A stretch of DNA of 50,993 nt from Microthrixaceae bacterium (lineage in GTDB: Bacteria; Actinomycetota; Acidimicrobiia; Acidimicrobiales; Microtrichaceae), in assembly GCA_044357715.1 (NCBI GenBank), contig JBIKPA010000001.1, positions 1 through 50,993 of the forward strand, given 5' to 3'. The translations under genes and the position numbers were made by a program. Of the stretch, positions 31,457 through 40,565 are shown one piece after another; within the stretch, counting starts at the first letter, position 1; each line of letters opens with the position of its first letter. The notes under the pieces were generated by a model. The model ran no database searches and was not told where the DNA came from. It was given only the letters and a program-made list of their open reading frames with translations.

Positions 31457-32311
31457 GTGCGCCCACTTTCGCAACCAGGCAAGAACCGCAAGCGCTCGCG
31501 CTATGTGCTGTTAGTTGTTACCTTGCTCACTATCACCATCATTACCCTTGACGCTCGGGGAGTTCCGCTGCTCTCTTCGGCCCGGGACAGTTCGCGCGAT
31601 GCGCTCGCCCCCGTCCGTGGTGCGTCTCGCTGGGTGACCACACCATTTCGTAATGCTTGGAATGGGATCACCGGCTACGACACTCTTCGTGAAGAAAATG
31701 AGCAACTCCGCCAAGACCTGGGCCAAGCCAGGGCAAACGCCATGCGAGAACAGAATGCCCAAGAGGAACTCGTCAAGCTGAAAGAGCAGCTCAACATCAG
31801 CTTCTTGGGGAGCACGCAAAGCCAGGTTGCCAGAGTGACCGCTGGAGCGGCATCCAACTTCGCTGACTACACCGTGGAACTCGATAAGGGGAGCGAGCTT
31901 GGATTGGCTGTGGGGAACCCGGTGGTGACCAAAGGCGGCTTAGTCGGCAGGATTGTTCGGGTTACTCAGAAACGATCAGTTGTTCAACTCATCACTGATC
32001 CTGATTTTTCTGTTGGTGTGACGGTAGGAACAGATCAGAATCAAGGTGTTGGTCACGGAACAGGAAACACGCGAACGTTTATCGTGGATCGAGGAATTGA
32101 CCTCACCGATGAAGTCAACCCTAAAGACAGTGTGTTTGCCGGCGGAATCGAGAATTCAATCATGCCTCCAGACCTTTTTATTCCTATAGGCACGGTAGAC
32201 AAGATCACCGCTGATGAGGCTGCCAGAGTGCAGGTACTCCAGGTGAACTACACCGTTGAGTTCGGTCGACTTGATGTAGTTCAGGTCATCAAATGGGTTC
32301 CGGCAAGCTGA
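31457..32311 (+). CDS. mreC: Rod shape-determining protein MreC
   Basis: TM segment, coiled coil LREENEQLR, LDKGSELG, GLVGRI, LITDP. Confidence 0.93.
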   Translation: MRPLSQPGKNRKRSRYVLLVVTLLTITIITLDARGVPLLSSARDSSRDALAPVRGASRWVTTPFRNAWNGITGYDTLREENEQLRQDLGQARANAMREQNAQEELVKLKEQLNISFLGSTQSQVARVTAGAASNFADYTVELDKGSELGLAVGNPVVTKGGLVGRIVRVTQKRSVVQLITDPDFSVGVTVGTDQNQGVGHGTGNTRTFIVDRGIDLTDEVNPKDSVFAGGIENSIMPPDLFIPIGTVDKITADEAARVQVLQVNYTVEFGRLDVVQVIKWVPAS

Positions 32312-32324
32312 TGGTGCTGAGACC

Positions 32325-32837
32325 ATGAATACTGAGTCATCGTTGGTTCTTCGCTGGAGCATGCTCTTGGTGCTGGCATATCTGCTGCAGGTGGGCCTCC
32401 TGCAAGACTTCCGCCCTCTTGGGGTGCATCCCGAGATCATGTTGCTTATCGCAATCTGCAGCGGCATCGTCGGCGGGAGCTCACGTGGTGCGATCGTTGG
32501 ATTCTTTGCGGGAATGCTCAACGACCTTTTGCTCAGCGGCAGTCTTGGCGTGTCGGCTTTGTGTTTTGCTCTCGTTGGCTTCGCAGCAGGAGTGCTTGAA
32601 GACTCCGTGATTCGGTCATCTCGTCTGATCTCCGTGGTAATCGCTACCCTCGCTAGCGCAGTCGGAGTGTTGATGTATGCATGCCTGAGTCAGTTACTGG
32701 GAGCACACTCATTATCCGACCCACGGCTATGGCTGATCATCAGTATCGTTTCTTTGATGAACGGGGCCCTGTGCCTTGCTGCGCTTCCATTGTGCCGATG
32801 GGCCGAAGGTTTTGGTCTGAAATCACGGGCGTACTGA
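32325..32837 (+). CDS. mreD: Rod shape-determining protein MreD
   Basis: Multi-TM, GVHPEI, GAIVGFFAGMLND, synteny. Confidence 0.9.
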   Translation: MNTESSLVLRWSMLLVLAYLLQVGLLQDFRPLGVHPEIMLLIAICSGIVGGSSRGAIVGFFAGMLNDLLLSGSLGVSALCFALVGFAAGVLEDSVIRSSRLISVVIATLASAVGVLMYACLSQLLGAHSLSDPRLWLIISIVSLMNGALCLAALPLCRWAEGFGLKSRAY

Positions 32838-32884
32838 TGTGGTTGATTCCATGAATGCTTTGTTGAACAAAAGAGAAGTTCTGA

Positions 32885-35074
32885 ATGGATACTGACTCTA
32901 CGCAGGTCCGTCTGAGCGCGGTTGGGATCGTTGCCGTCTCTTTGTTCTTGGCGCTCTTCATGAGGTTGTGGTTTTTGCAGGGAATCGACCGCCAAGCGTT
33001 CGAAGCTGCTTCGGTCTCAAACCGAGTTCGCGTTATTCATGAAGAGGGCCCTCGAGGTCGAATCCTCGACCGAAACGGCAAAATACTGGTGGATAGTGAG
33101 ACATCGATTGTTGTTTCGCTTGATCGTGAACCCCTGCGCAAGATGGAAGAAACTGAGCGTCATTCCGTGTTCGTTTCGCTAGCCGACACCCTGCAGCAGT
33201 TAGGTGTTCCCACCAAGCTGAGTCTGATCGAAAAACGTTTTGCCGACCTCCGCTATGCGCCGCAGGAATACGTTCCGATTGCTGAAGATGTAGACCCGAG
33301 TGTCGAGATTTACTTGATGGAGCGCGCTGAGCGCTACCCGGGAATCATTGTGGAGCGCAAGGCGATTCGTTCGTATCCCTACGGCAACCTTGCCGCACAC
33401 CTGCTTGGTTACGTCGGTGAGATCAACGAGAGGGAACTTGTTGAGCGAGGTGGAACACTGCCCGGATCAGACAGTCCGTCTACCTCAGCACCGACTACAA
33501 CTACGGCGCCTACTACTGCCGCACCTACGTCTGTGTCCCCACAGGGTTCAGCCCAAGGCAATACAGCGAGCGACGCTGAGGCACGGATTGCGGATTACCG
33601 GCTCGGCGACTCAATTGGCAAGGGCGGAGTGGAGCGCTCCTACGAAGCAGACCTTCGAGCAGTGCCAGGGGAACGAACAATTGAGGTGAACGCTAAGGGT
33701 GATTTAGTCGATGTGCTTTCCCTAGAGTCGCCTGTAGTTGGCGATGACATCTGGTTGACGATCGATATTGACCTGCAAGCTCACGCAGAGCGCCTACTCG
33801 CGGCCAAGATTCAAGACCTGCGAGGCCGGCGAGACAAAGACAATAATCGCTTGAACGCACCGCAGGGTTCGGTAGTGATCCAAGATCCTCAGAACGGTCA
33901 GATTCTCGCTATGGCCTCGTACCCTGATTACGACCCGAGCGTCACGGTTAACGGGATCTCTCAGGAACAATGGGAGGCCTTTAACGATCCGAACAGTGGT
34001 CTTCCGCTGGTCAACTGGGCACTTCAAGGCACCTACGCCCCCGGCTCCATATTTAAACTTTTCACTGCTCTAGCCGGCTACAAGTCTGGCTACCTCCGAG
34101 AAGGAACTGAAGTAGTAAACGACCCCGGCGTCTACACCATTGAAAACTGTAAAGGCGAGAAGTGCGAGGTTCGAAATGCGGGTTCAACTCCGCACGGAAC
34201 CGTCAACATGGCGAGGGCGCTCACCGTTTCCTCGGATGTGTACTTCTACAAACTCGCTGACAAGTTTTGGAATCTGACTGATCAATACGGCCAAACGCCC
34301 ATTCAAGACTCAGCAGCAGAGTTTGGTCTGGGAGCAAAAACCGAAATTCCGCTTCCCGGAGAGAACCCCGGACGCCTTCCCACTCCGGCAAACCGAAAAG
34401 CGGCCTTTGATGCGCGCCCCGACCTGTTTGTTACTGGCGACTGGCGATCAGGAGACAACATCAACACCTCTATCGGCCAGGGGGATGTTCTTTCAACCCC
34501 GCTCCAGATCGCTAACAGCTACGCCACCTTTGCCAACGGTGGTACCCGCTATCAGCCACAAATCGTGATGAAGGTAACGCGCCCGAACGATCTGACTCTG
34601 CCAGCTAGCGATCCGGCGAACTACGAGCTCATTCGCCAAGTTGAGCCGGTGGTTCAGGGCACTATTGAAATCGCTCCGGATACGTACGCCAAAATCTATG
34701 ACGGCCTACTTGGGGTAACTCAGAGCGCATCTGGAACAGCTGCCACACCTTGGCAAGCATCAAAGACAGCGTGGCCAATGGCAGGTAAGACAGGCACAGC
34801 ACAAGTCTCGAAGAAGGCCGATAGCTCGCTGTTTGCCGCTTGGGGCCCTGCAGGGACGGGGGTTCCCGCTCAGTATTCAATCGCAGTAGTTATTCCAGAG
34901 GCGGGTTTCGGCGGGGAAGTGGCAGCCCCACTGGCTTTCCGAATCATGGCACCGCTGTCGTTTGGCACTTTGCTTCCGGCCTGCCTCAGCGCTGATCAAG
35001 AGGCTTGTCTCGCAGCTGCTGAACAGGCGGCTGCGGCGAGCGGAAATGACATCACATCGGATGCAGCAGACTGA
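32885..35074 (+). CDS. mrdA: Penicillin-binding protein 2 (class B transpeptidase)
   Basis: RGRILDRNG, PGSIFK (SxxK), SSD, KTGT. Confidence 0.94.
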   Translation: MDTDSTQVRLSAVGIVAVSLFLALFMRLWFLQGIDRQAFEAASVSNRVRVIHEEGPRGRILDRNGKILVDSETSIVVSLDREPLRKMEETERHSVFVSLADTLQQLGVPTKLSLIEKRFADLRYAPQEYVPIAEDVDPSVEIYLMERAERYPGIIVERKAIRSYPYGNLAAHLLGYVGEINERELVERGGTLPGSDSPSTSAPTTTTAPTTAAPTSVSPQGSAQGNTASDAEARIADYRLGDSIGKGGVERSYEADLRAVPGERTIEVNAKGDLVDVLSLESPVVGDDIWLTIDIDLQAHAERLLAAKIQDLRGRRDKDNNRLNAPQGSVVIQDPQNGQILAMASYPDYDPSVTVNGISQEQWEAFNDPNSGLPLVNWALQGTYAPGSIFKLFTALAGYKSGYLREGTEVVNDPGVYTIENCKGEKCEVRNAGSTPHGTVNMARALTVSSDVYFYKLADKFWNLTDQYGQTPIQDSAAEFGLGAKTEIPLPGENPGRLPTPANRKAAFDARPDLFVTGDWRSGDNINTSIGQGDVLSTPLQIANSYATFANGGTRYQPQIVMKVTRPNDLTLPASDPANYELIRQVEPVVQGTIEIAPDTYAKIYDGLLGVTQSASGTAATPWQASKTAWPMAGKTGTAQVSKKADSSLFAAWGPAGTGVPAQYSIAVVIPEAGFGGEVAAPLAFRIMAPLSFGTLLPACLSADQEACLAAAEQAAAASGNDITSDAAD

Positions 35075-36216
35075 TGCAGCAACTACGCGTTGACAGACAG
35101 AGCCCATCTGGGTTTCGTGGCCGAGACGTTTCTGCGGCATGGAAACACGTTGACATCGTGTTGTTAGTTGCTACCGGCCTTGTCCTGCTCTTTGGGCTTG
35201 TGATGGTCTATAGCGCTACGCGACGCTTCCCTAGCGGTACTGGAGTTCTTCTTCGTCAAGGACTTTTCGTACTTGTGGGAATTGCCGCGATGGCCGGTGT
35301 TTCACTCATCGACTACCGCCGAATAGCCGACTGGTGGCAAATCATTTATGGCTTGTCAATGCTTGTGCTGGCTGGGGTTCTCTCGCCATTGGGGTCGCTC
35401 GGTGCGTTCGGCACAAAGGGCTGGTATGCATTCGGCCCACTGGTGTTTCAACCGGTTGAAATCGCCAAGCTTGGAACAATTCTTGCCGTTGCCGCCTACC
35501 TAGGTACCGCAGAGCGTGTAGATCTTCGTCGCCTAGTGACGGCCTTGCTTCTTTTTGGCGTTCCGATTGGGCTGACAATGCTGCAGCCGGACCTAGGGTC
35601 TGCGTTGGTCTTTATCGTTGTTGCTCTTGGCATGCTCGTGGTTGGCGGAGTGAGGGTGCGACACCTCGCTGTTCTAGTGATTGTTGGCGTTGTTGCAGTA
35701 TTCGGCATTTTGCAAAGCAGCGCCCTTGATCAGTATCAGAAGGATCGTTTGACCGCTTTTGCGAACCCCGATGGTGTCTCGGCCAAAGCCCGCTACAACA
35801 TTGATCAAGCTCAAACGGCAATTTCTTCGGGCGGCTTGACTGGCTATGGCCTTGGAAAGGGGCCATCAACTCGCTTGGGTTATGTTCCAGCGCAGCAGAC
35901 TGACTTCATTTTCACTGTGGCAGGCGAAGAGTTCGGATTTGTTGGAGCGGGACTCCTCCTCATTCTGTTCGCGATCATGATCTGGCGTATCTGGAGAACT
36001 GCCCAACTGGCTGCTGACTCGATGGGAATTCTGCTTTGTATCGGCGTGATGTCAATGTTCCTCTTCCACATTTTTGAAAATGTCGGGATGAACCTAGGAA
36101 TCATGCCGGTCACGGGAATCCCCTTGCCCTTGGTCTCTCAGGGTGGGTCTGCTGTAGTCGCATCTTGCATAGCGCTAGGCCTAGTGCAGTCAGTTCATAT
36201 GCACCGATACTCCTAA
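35074..36216 (+). CDS. rodA: SEDS peptidoglycan polymerase RodA
   Basis: FQPVEIAK, LQPDLGS, QTDFIF..GEEFG, GIPLPLVSQGGS. Confidence 0.94.
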   Translation: MQQLRVDRQSPSGFRGRDVSAAWKHVDIVLLVATGLVLLFGLVMVYSATRRFPSGTGVLLRQGLFVLVGIAAMAGVSLIDYRRIADWWQIIYGLSMLVLAGVLSPLGSLGAFGTKGWYAFGPLVFQPVEIAKLGTILAVAAYLGTAERVDLRRLVTALLLFGVPIGLTMLQPDLGSALVFIVVALGMLVVGGVRVRHLAVLVIVGVVAVFGILQSSALDQYQKDRLTAFANPDGVSAKARYNIDQAQTAISSGGLTGYGLGKGPSTRLGYVPAQQTDFIFTVAGEEFGFVGAGLLLILFAIMIWRIWRTAQLAADSMGILLCIGVMSMFLFHIFENVGMNLGIMPVTGIPLPLVSQGGSAVVASCIALGLVQSVHMHRYS

Positions 36217-36252
36217 GAGCCTCCGAATGCCGCTGTGCTGACTGGGCGTGCC

Positions 36253-36276
36253 GCCTGCTCTTCTGACGGGGCAGGC
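36253..36276 (+). terminator. GC-rich hairpin after rodA, possible terminator
   Basis: gcctgctc-N8-gggcaggc. Confidence 0.45.
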
Positions 36277-36308
36277 AGCCTGCCGCGCCGAGGGGTCATA
36301 GCTGACGG

Positions 36309-36732
36309 TAGACTAGAAGGACCATGTCCGCACTTCAGGTTGAATTCACTCAGAATTTGGTCGGTACCCGCAGCTTTTCTCCTAGTTCTCTTGATGTGCT
36401 CTTCCACTTTGTTTGGAGAGCCGCCAGCGGATTCTTAGAAAAGGTCCTGCGCAGCAAGATTGAACCCAAAAAAACGGGTGTTGTTGCGTCAAGTCCTTCA
36501 AGTGCTGCCCCGCTGGGGTCAGACATGGTGCATATCTCGCATCATCTCAGTAATCACGATAACCAAAGGTCCAGGTCACTCAAGACCGAGTACCCGTCAT
36601 ACCCAACAAGCTGCTTGAGCAGACAGTTGAAACCCATTCATATTAACGAACGACAGCCTGACGCAAGGTTTTGTGCCAATGCGAAAGCCGTCGCCACACG
36701 TGAGCGTTATGGCGCCATGAGAGGAGTGTCCC
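36309..36732 (+). ncRNA. Candidate long structured 5' leader of rne
   Basis: A TAGACT -10-like element followed by several nested complementary segments in a 516-bp gap, ending in a GAGGAG SD. Confidence 0.4.
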
Positions 36733-38610
36733 ATGTCGGACACCGGATCAAATTCACCAGAGACACCACCGGCAGCCGCACCACCGGCTGCCGCACCACC
36801 GGCTGCCGCACCACCGGCTGCCGCACCACCGGCTGCCGCACCAGCGATGCGCAAGCCCCAAATCGGGGATTCAATGCCTGCGCCAAAAGCTGCTACCCAA
36901 GCAAGTTCGGTAGCAACTGCTCCCGCTAACTCCTCGGGTCAAACAGATGGAACATCCTCTGCGCCCAAGCGCAAAAGGCGTCGCGGCAGGGGTGGCGGTG
37001 CTGGCCGTGGTAGCGGTGCTGCAACTGCTTCCGCTGGTAGTTCTGATCAGAACCCCGCTGGTGAGGCCGGCCAGACAAGTCAGAAGCAGGGCGGGCAACG
37101 TCAGGGTGGCCAGAAGCAGGGTGGCCAGAAGCAGGGTGCTCAGAAGCAGGGTGGCCAGACAAGTCAGAAGCAGGGCGGGCAACGTCAGGGCGGCCAGAAG
37201 CAGGGCGGCCAGAAGCAGGGCGGCCAGAAGCAGGGCAACCGGCCAAAGCCAGTTGAAGCAGTGCTACTTGACGAAGATCCGCTTCAACTAGACGAAAAAA
37301 CCATGAAGCAACGAGGCGGCAAGAGCCGCAACGGGCGTGCTGTAGGTCGATTCCAGATGAATGTGCAAGTAAGGGGAGAGGCGACGCAGATCGCAATCCT
37401 TGAGGGCCGGTCGCTCGTTGAGCATTACGTCTCGAAGCCCACTGATGACACCACACAGATTCACGGCAATATCTACATTGGCAAAGTAGAGAACGTGCTT
37501 CCCGGTATGGAGGCTGCATTTATTGATATTGCAACACCGAAGAATGCGGTCCTTTACAGAAGCGATGTTGTTCACGATGCTTCGGAGCTAGATAAGCGAG
37601 CCGACCCGCCTCGAATTGAGGATGTGCTGAAGTCAAAGCAGTTGATTGTGTGTCAGGTCACAAAGAATCCGATTGCACACAAGGGTGCCAGACTGACTCA
37701 AGAGGTTTCGCTCCCAGGGCGCTTCGTGGTGCTTGTTCCCAACTCCAGCACCTTCGGCATTTCGAAGAGATTGCCAGATGATGAGCGCAAGCGCTTGCGG
37801 CAACTGCTCGACCGGGTGAAGCCCAAACAGCATGGTGTGATTGTTCGTACTGCCGCAGAGGGAGTCACCGCCGAGGAACTCGAGCGAGATGTTGCCCGTT
37901 TGGTGAAGCAATGGGATCGCATCTCTGAACTAGCAGCCAAGCAGAATCGCCCGGGGCTGCTGTACCGAGAACCAGAACTGGCAGTTCGCTTCATTCGAGA
38001 GGAATTTAGCGCCGAGTATCGCGCCGTTGTGATCGATGATGAAGCTCTGTATGCAGATGTGAAGGAATACGTCGAGGCCGTAGCACCTGCCCTAGCGGAG
38101 CGCGTGCAGTTCTATGATCGCAAAGCAGAGACGCTGCCAATTTTTGAGCGCTTCCACGTGATGGAGCAGCTTGCTAAGGCCGTTGACCGCAAGGTTTGGT
38201 TGCCCTCTGGCGGCTCGCTCATCATTGAAGCCACCGAAGCCCTCACAGTCATTGACGTCAATACTGGCAGAAACGTGGGATCTTCAAATCTGGAGGAAAC
38301 CGTTTTTCGCAACAACCTCGAGGCCGCAGAAGAAATTGCTCGACAGCTGCGCCTTCGAGATATTGGCGGCATCATTGTGATCGACTTTATTGACATGGAG
38401 ATCAAAGAGAACCGTGACCAAGTCGGCCGGCAGTTCCGTGAAGCGCTGAGCCGGGATAAAACCCGTACACAGGTGTTTGCTATCTCTGAGCTTGGTCTCG
38501 TTGAAATGACGAGAAAGCGCATTGGAGAAGGGCTTTTGGAGTCTGTCTCGACTATCTGTGAGCCATGTGAAGGCCGTGGAGTGCTGCTCGCTTCTGAGTT
38601 CCTGTCCTAG
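36733..38610 (+). CDS. rne: Ribonuclease E/G family endoribonuclease with a low-complexity N-terminus
   Basis: GNIYIGKVENVLPGMEAAFIDI, DVNTG, LRLRDIGGIIVIDFIDM, GLVEMTRKR, CEPCEGRG. Confidence 0.95.
   Translation: MSDTGSNSPETPPAAAPPAAAPPAAAPPAAAPPAAAPAMRKPQIGDSMPAPKAATQASSVATAPANSSGQTDGTSSAPKRKRRRGRGGGAGRGSGAATASAGSSDQNPAGEAGQTSQKQGGQRQGGQKQGGQKQGAQKQGGQTSQKQGGQRQGGQKQGGQKQGGQKQGNRPKPVEAVLLDEDPLQLDEKTMKQRGGKSRNGRAVGRFQMNVQVRGEATQIAILEGRSLVEHYVSKPTDDTTQIHGNIYIGKVENVLPGMEAAFIDIATPKNAVLYRSDVVHDASELDKRADPPRIEDVLKSKQLIVCQVTKNPIAHKGARLTQEVSLPGRFVVLVPNSSTFGISKRLPDDERKRLRQLLDRVKPKQHGVIVRTAAEGVTAEELERDVARLVKQWDRISELAAKQNRPGLLYREPELAVRFIREEFSAEYRAVVIDDEALYADVKEYVEAVAPALAERVQFYDRKAETLPIFERFHVMEQLAKAVDRKVWLPSGGSLIIEATEALTVIDVNTGRNVGSSNLEETVFRNNLEAAEEIARQLRLRDIGGIIVIDFIDMEIKENRDQVGRQFREALSRDKTRTQVFAISELGLVEMTRKRIGEGLLESVSTICEPCEGRGVLLASEFLS
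36766..36843 (+). repeat. 15-bp tandem repeat x5 (PPAAA) in rne
   Basis: (ccaccggcWgccgca)x5. Confidence 0.95.
37069..37236 (+). repeat. 84-bp duplication built largely from 15-bp QKQGG units in rne
   Basis: ggccagacaagtcagaagcagggcgggcaacgtcag... starts at 37069 and again at 37153. Confidence 0.9.
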
Positions 38611-38666
38611 CGTCCGATTGCTCAACGTGCATTTAGTACCTCAACTCCAGTAGAGTCAGCAACCGT

Positions 38667-38975
38667 ATGTATGCAGTCGTGAAGTCCGGTGGAAAGCAAT
38701 ATCGTGTCGAGCAGGGCCAGCGCCTGCGTGTTGAGCGTTTGGGTGCGCCAGAGAGCGAGGTTGAGCTCCGTCCTGTGATGTTGGTGGATGGCGACACCGT
38801 GCTAGTTACCCCAGAGGAGCTTCAGGGAGCCACGGTTTCTGCTCGTGTGGTTGAAGAGGTCCGAGGACCAAAGATCAACGCCTTTACCTATAAGAACAAG
38901 TCCAATAACCGTCGTCGATGGGGTCATCGCCAGACGTACTCGGCAATCGAGATCACCGGAATCTCTCGAGGCTAA
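38667..38975 (+). CDS. rplU: 50S ribosomal protein L21
   Basis: MYAVVKSGGKQYRV, GHRQ. Confidence 0.97.
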   Translation: MYAVVKSGGKQYRVEQGQRLRVERLGAPESEVELRPVMLVDGDTVLVTPEELQGATVSARVVEEVRGPKINAFTYKNKSNNRRRWGHRQTYSAIEITGISRG

Positions 38976-39033
38976 GGGCACTGCCCCTAACGCACTCGGT
39001 TCGGTACCTCCAAGCTAGGAAGAGAAAGCACTC

Positions 39034-39291
39034 ATGTCGAAGACCAAAGGTGGCGGTTCTACAAGGAACGGCCGTGATTCAGAAAGCAAGCGCCTAGGCG
39101 TCAAAGTGTTTGACGGTGGCGTGGTTCATGCAGGAGCCATCATCGTGCGTCAGCGCGGAACCAGAATCCACCCCGGAGAGAACGTCGGAATCGGCGGGGA
39201 TGACACCCTGTTTGCACTTGCAGACGGCAAGGTCAAGTTTGGTTCACGCCGTAATCGCAAGATCGTGAACGTCTTTCCTGCAGCTGAGTAG
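39034..39291 (+). CDS. rpmA: 50S ribosomal protein L27
   Basis: [35 protein letters not shown]. Confidence 0.98.
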   Translation: MSKTKGGGSTRNGRDSESKRLGVKVFDGGVVHAGAIIVRQRGTRIHPGENVGIGGDDTLFALADGKVKFGSRRNRKIVNVFPAAE

Positions 39292-39303
39292 TTCTCACGC
39301 AGG

Positions 39304-40473
39304 CTAGAAAATGCCTACGGGTAAGTCGTTGCTGTTCCAACCCAAAAGTTGTTGAGCCTGCGCAAAGGCATACCGATCGGTCATGCCTCCTACATAGGTG
39401 ACCGCCTGGGCTAGTGCCGCGGCCGAGTCTGCTTGGATGAGTCCGGTCTCTTGCGGAGATTGTTGGGCCGTAAGTTGAAGAAGGTCAGAAGGGTTCGACC
39501 CATGATGTTCCACTAGGGCCCGAAGGATGCGAATGACGGTTGCAGACTGAGCGAGAGACTCTGCTCGCATATAAATCTGTTCGTAGTTGAACCTTCGGAA
39601 CTCCGCTAGTGCCTCGGCTAGCGCATCAGTCATGCCGATCTGTCCCGTCTCTCTTGCAGCTTGGACCATTGCCGAAATAAAGGCACTCAGTTGTTGGCTG
39701 CGGCGCTCTCCGCAACGCTCGCGAACAAGATCAGGGAGTTGCTCTGGGGTCACAATGCCAACGTGAGCGGCATCTTCGAAATCGTGGCAGACATATGCAA
39801 TGCGATCAGCCCAAGACACCACCTCTCCCTCGGGGGTCATCGGCGCTGGCCGCGACCAAGAGTGATTGCGGATGCCATCGAGCGTCTCAGTGCATAAGTT
39901 GAGTGGCTGAAGCACCGTATCGGCACCCCAGACGGCGTGATCGTAGCCGCCCGGAATATAGGGCGAGAAGGCATCCTCGCTGGCATGACCGCCTGGACCG
40001 TGACCACAATCGTGGCCTAGGGCGATCGCCTCGGTGAGTGCAAGGTTGAGCCCCAAGGAACGAGAAATTGCTACGGCAACTTGTGCAACCTCTAGAGCAT
40101 GAGTCAGGCGGGTTCGTTGGTGGTCTTCAGGGAAGACAAATACCTGGGTTTTGCCAGCGAGTCGGCGAAAGGCCGGACTATGAAGAATGCGGTCTCGGTC
40201 TCGTTCGAAGCAGGTTCGCTCGGGGTCTGGTTCCTCGGGTAACGCCCGAGTACCTGCACCATGTGAGCTAGTAGCACCGCTAACCAAGGTGAGTTCCTCG
40301 AGGTGCTCCCGAGTGACTCGGTTCATGCGAGCTGCGATTCCGATGCGAGCAGTGGAGTCGCTATGCGCCAAGCGTATGGGTGCCTCGCCTAGGTGGTGGC
40401 CCCCCATGGTGGAAGCCCACACGGCGGTGCGGTCCTCTGGTTCTGAATTCTTGTTCGGGACCGAGTTGTTCAC
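39304..40473 (-). CDS. dgt: HD-domain dNTP triphosphohydrolase (dGTPase-like, short form)
   Basis: RTCFERDRDRILHS.AFRRLAGKTQV, RTRLTHALEV, HDCGH, ADRIAY..HD, GMTD. Start placed at GTG 40473, 6 nt after TACTAT. Confidence 0.85.
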   Translation of the reverse strand: MNNSVPNKNSEPEDRTAVWASTMGGHHLGEAPIRLAHSDSTARIGIAARMNRVTREHLEELTLVSGATSSHGAGTRALPEEPDPERTCFERDRDRILHSPAFRRLAGKTQVFVFPEDHQRTRLTHALEVAQVAVAISRSLGLNLALTEAIALGHDCGHGPGGHASEDAFSPYIPGGYDHAVWGADTVLQPLNLCTETLDGIRNHSWSRPAPMTPEGEVVSWADRIAYVCHDFEDAAHVGIVTPEQLPDLVRERCGERRSQQLSAFISAMVQAARETGQIGMTDALAEALAEFRRFNYEQIYMRAESLAQSATVIRILRALVEHHGSNPSDLLQLTAQQSPQETGLIQADSAAALAQAVTYVGGMTDRYAFAQAQQLLGWNSNDLPVGIF

Positions 40474-40553
40474 ACCCACATAGTAGAAGCCCGATGGGAC
40501 ACTCAAAGTTGGCGATTCTTTATCTGCATGACGGGTGTTGCGCCGACTAGTCC

Positions 40554-40559
40554 TATCCT
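40554..40559 (+). promoter_or_regulatory. Putative -10 element of leaderless obg
   Basis: TATCCT, 6 nt, then GTG 40566. It sits back-to-back with TACTAT (40480-40485, minus strand). Confidence 0.55.
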
Positions 40560-40565
40560 TAGGGG

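Noticed and set aside
36324-36929. 201-aa ORF overlapping the rne start
   Set aside because: No recognisable domain, the SD-like sequence is too close to the ATG, and the (TTGCR)n tract is just the rne repeat read in another frame. A regulatory uORF role cannot be fully excluded.
39304-40473. dGTPase as an anti-phage defence gene
   Set aside because: It sits in a core housekeeping context with no defence-island neighbours and looks like a short housekeeping-type enzyme.
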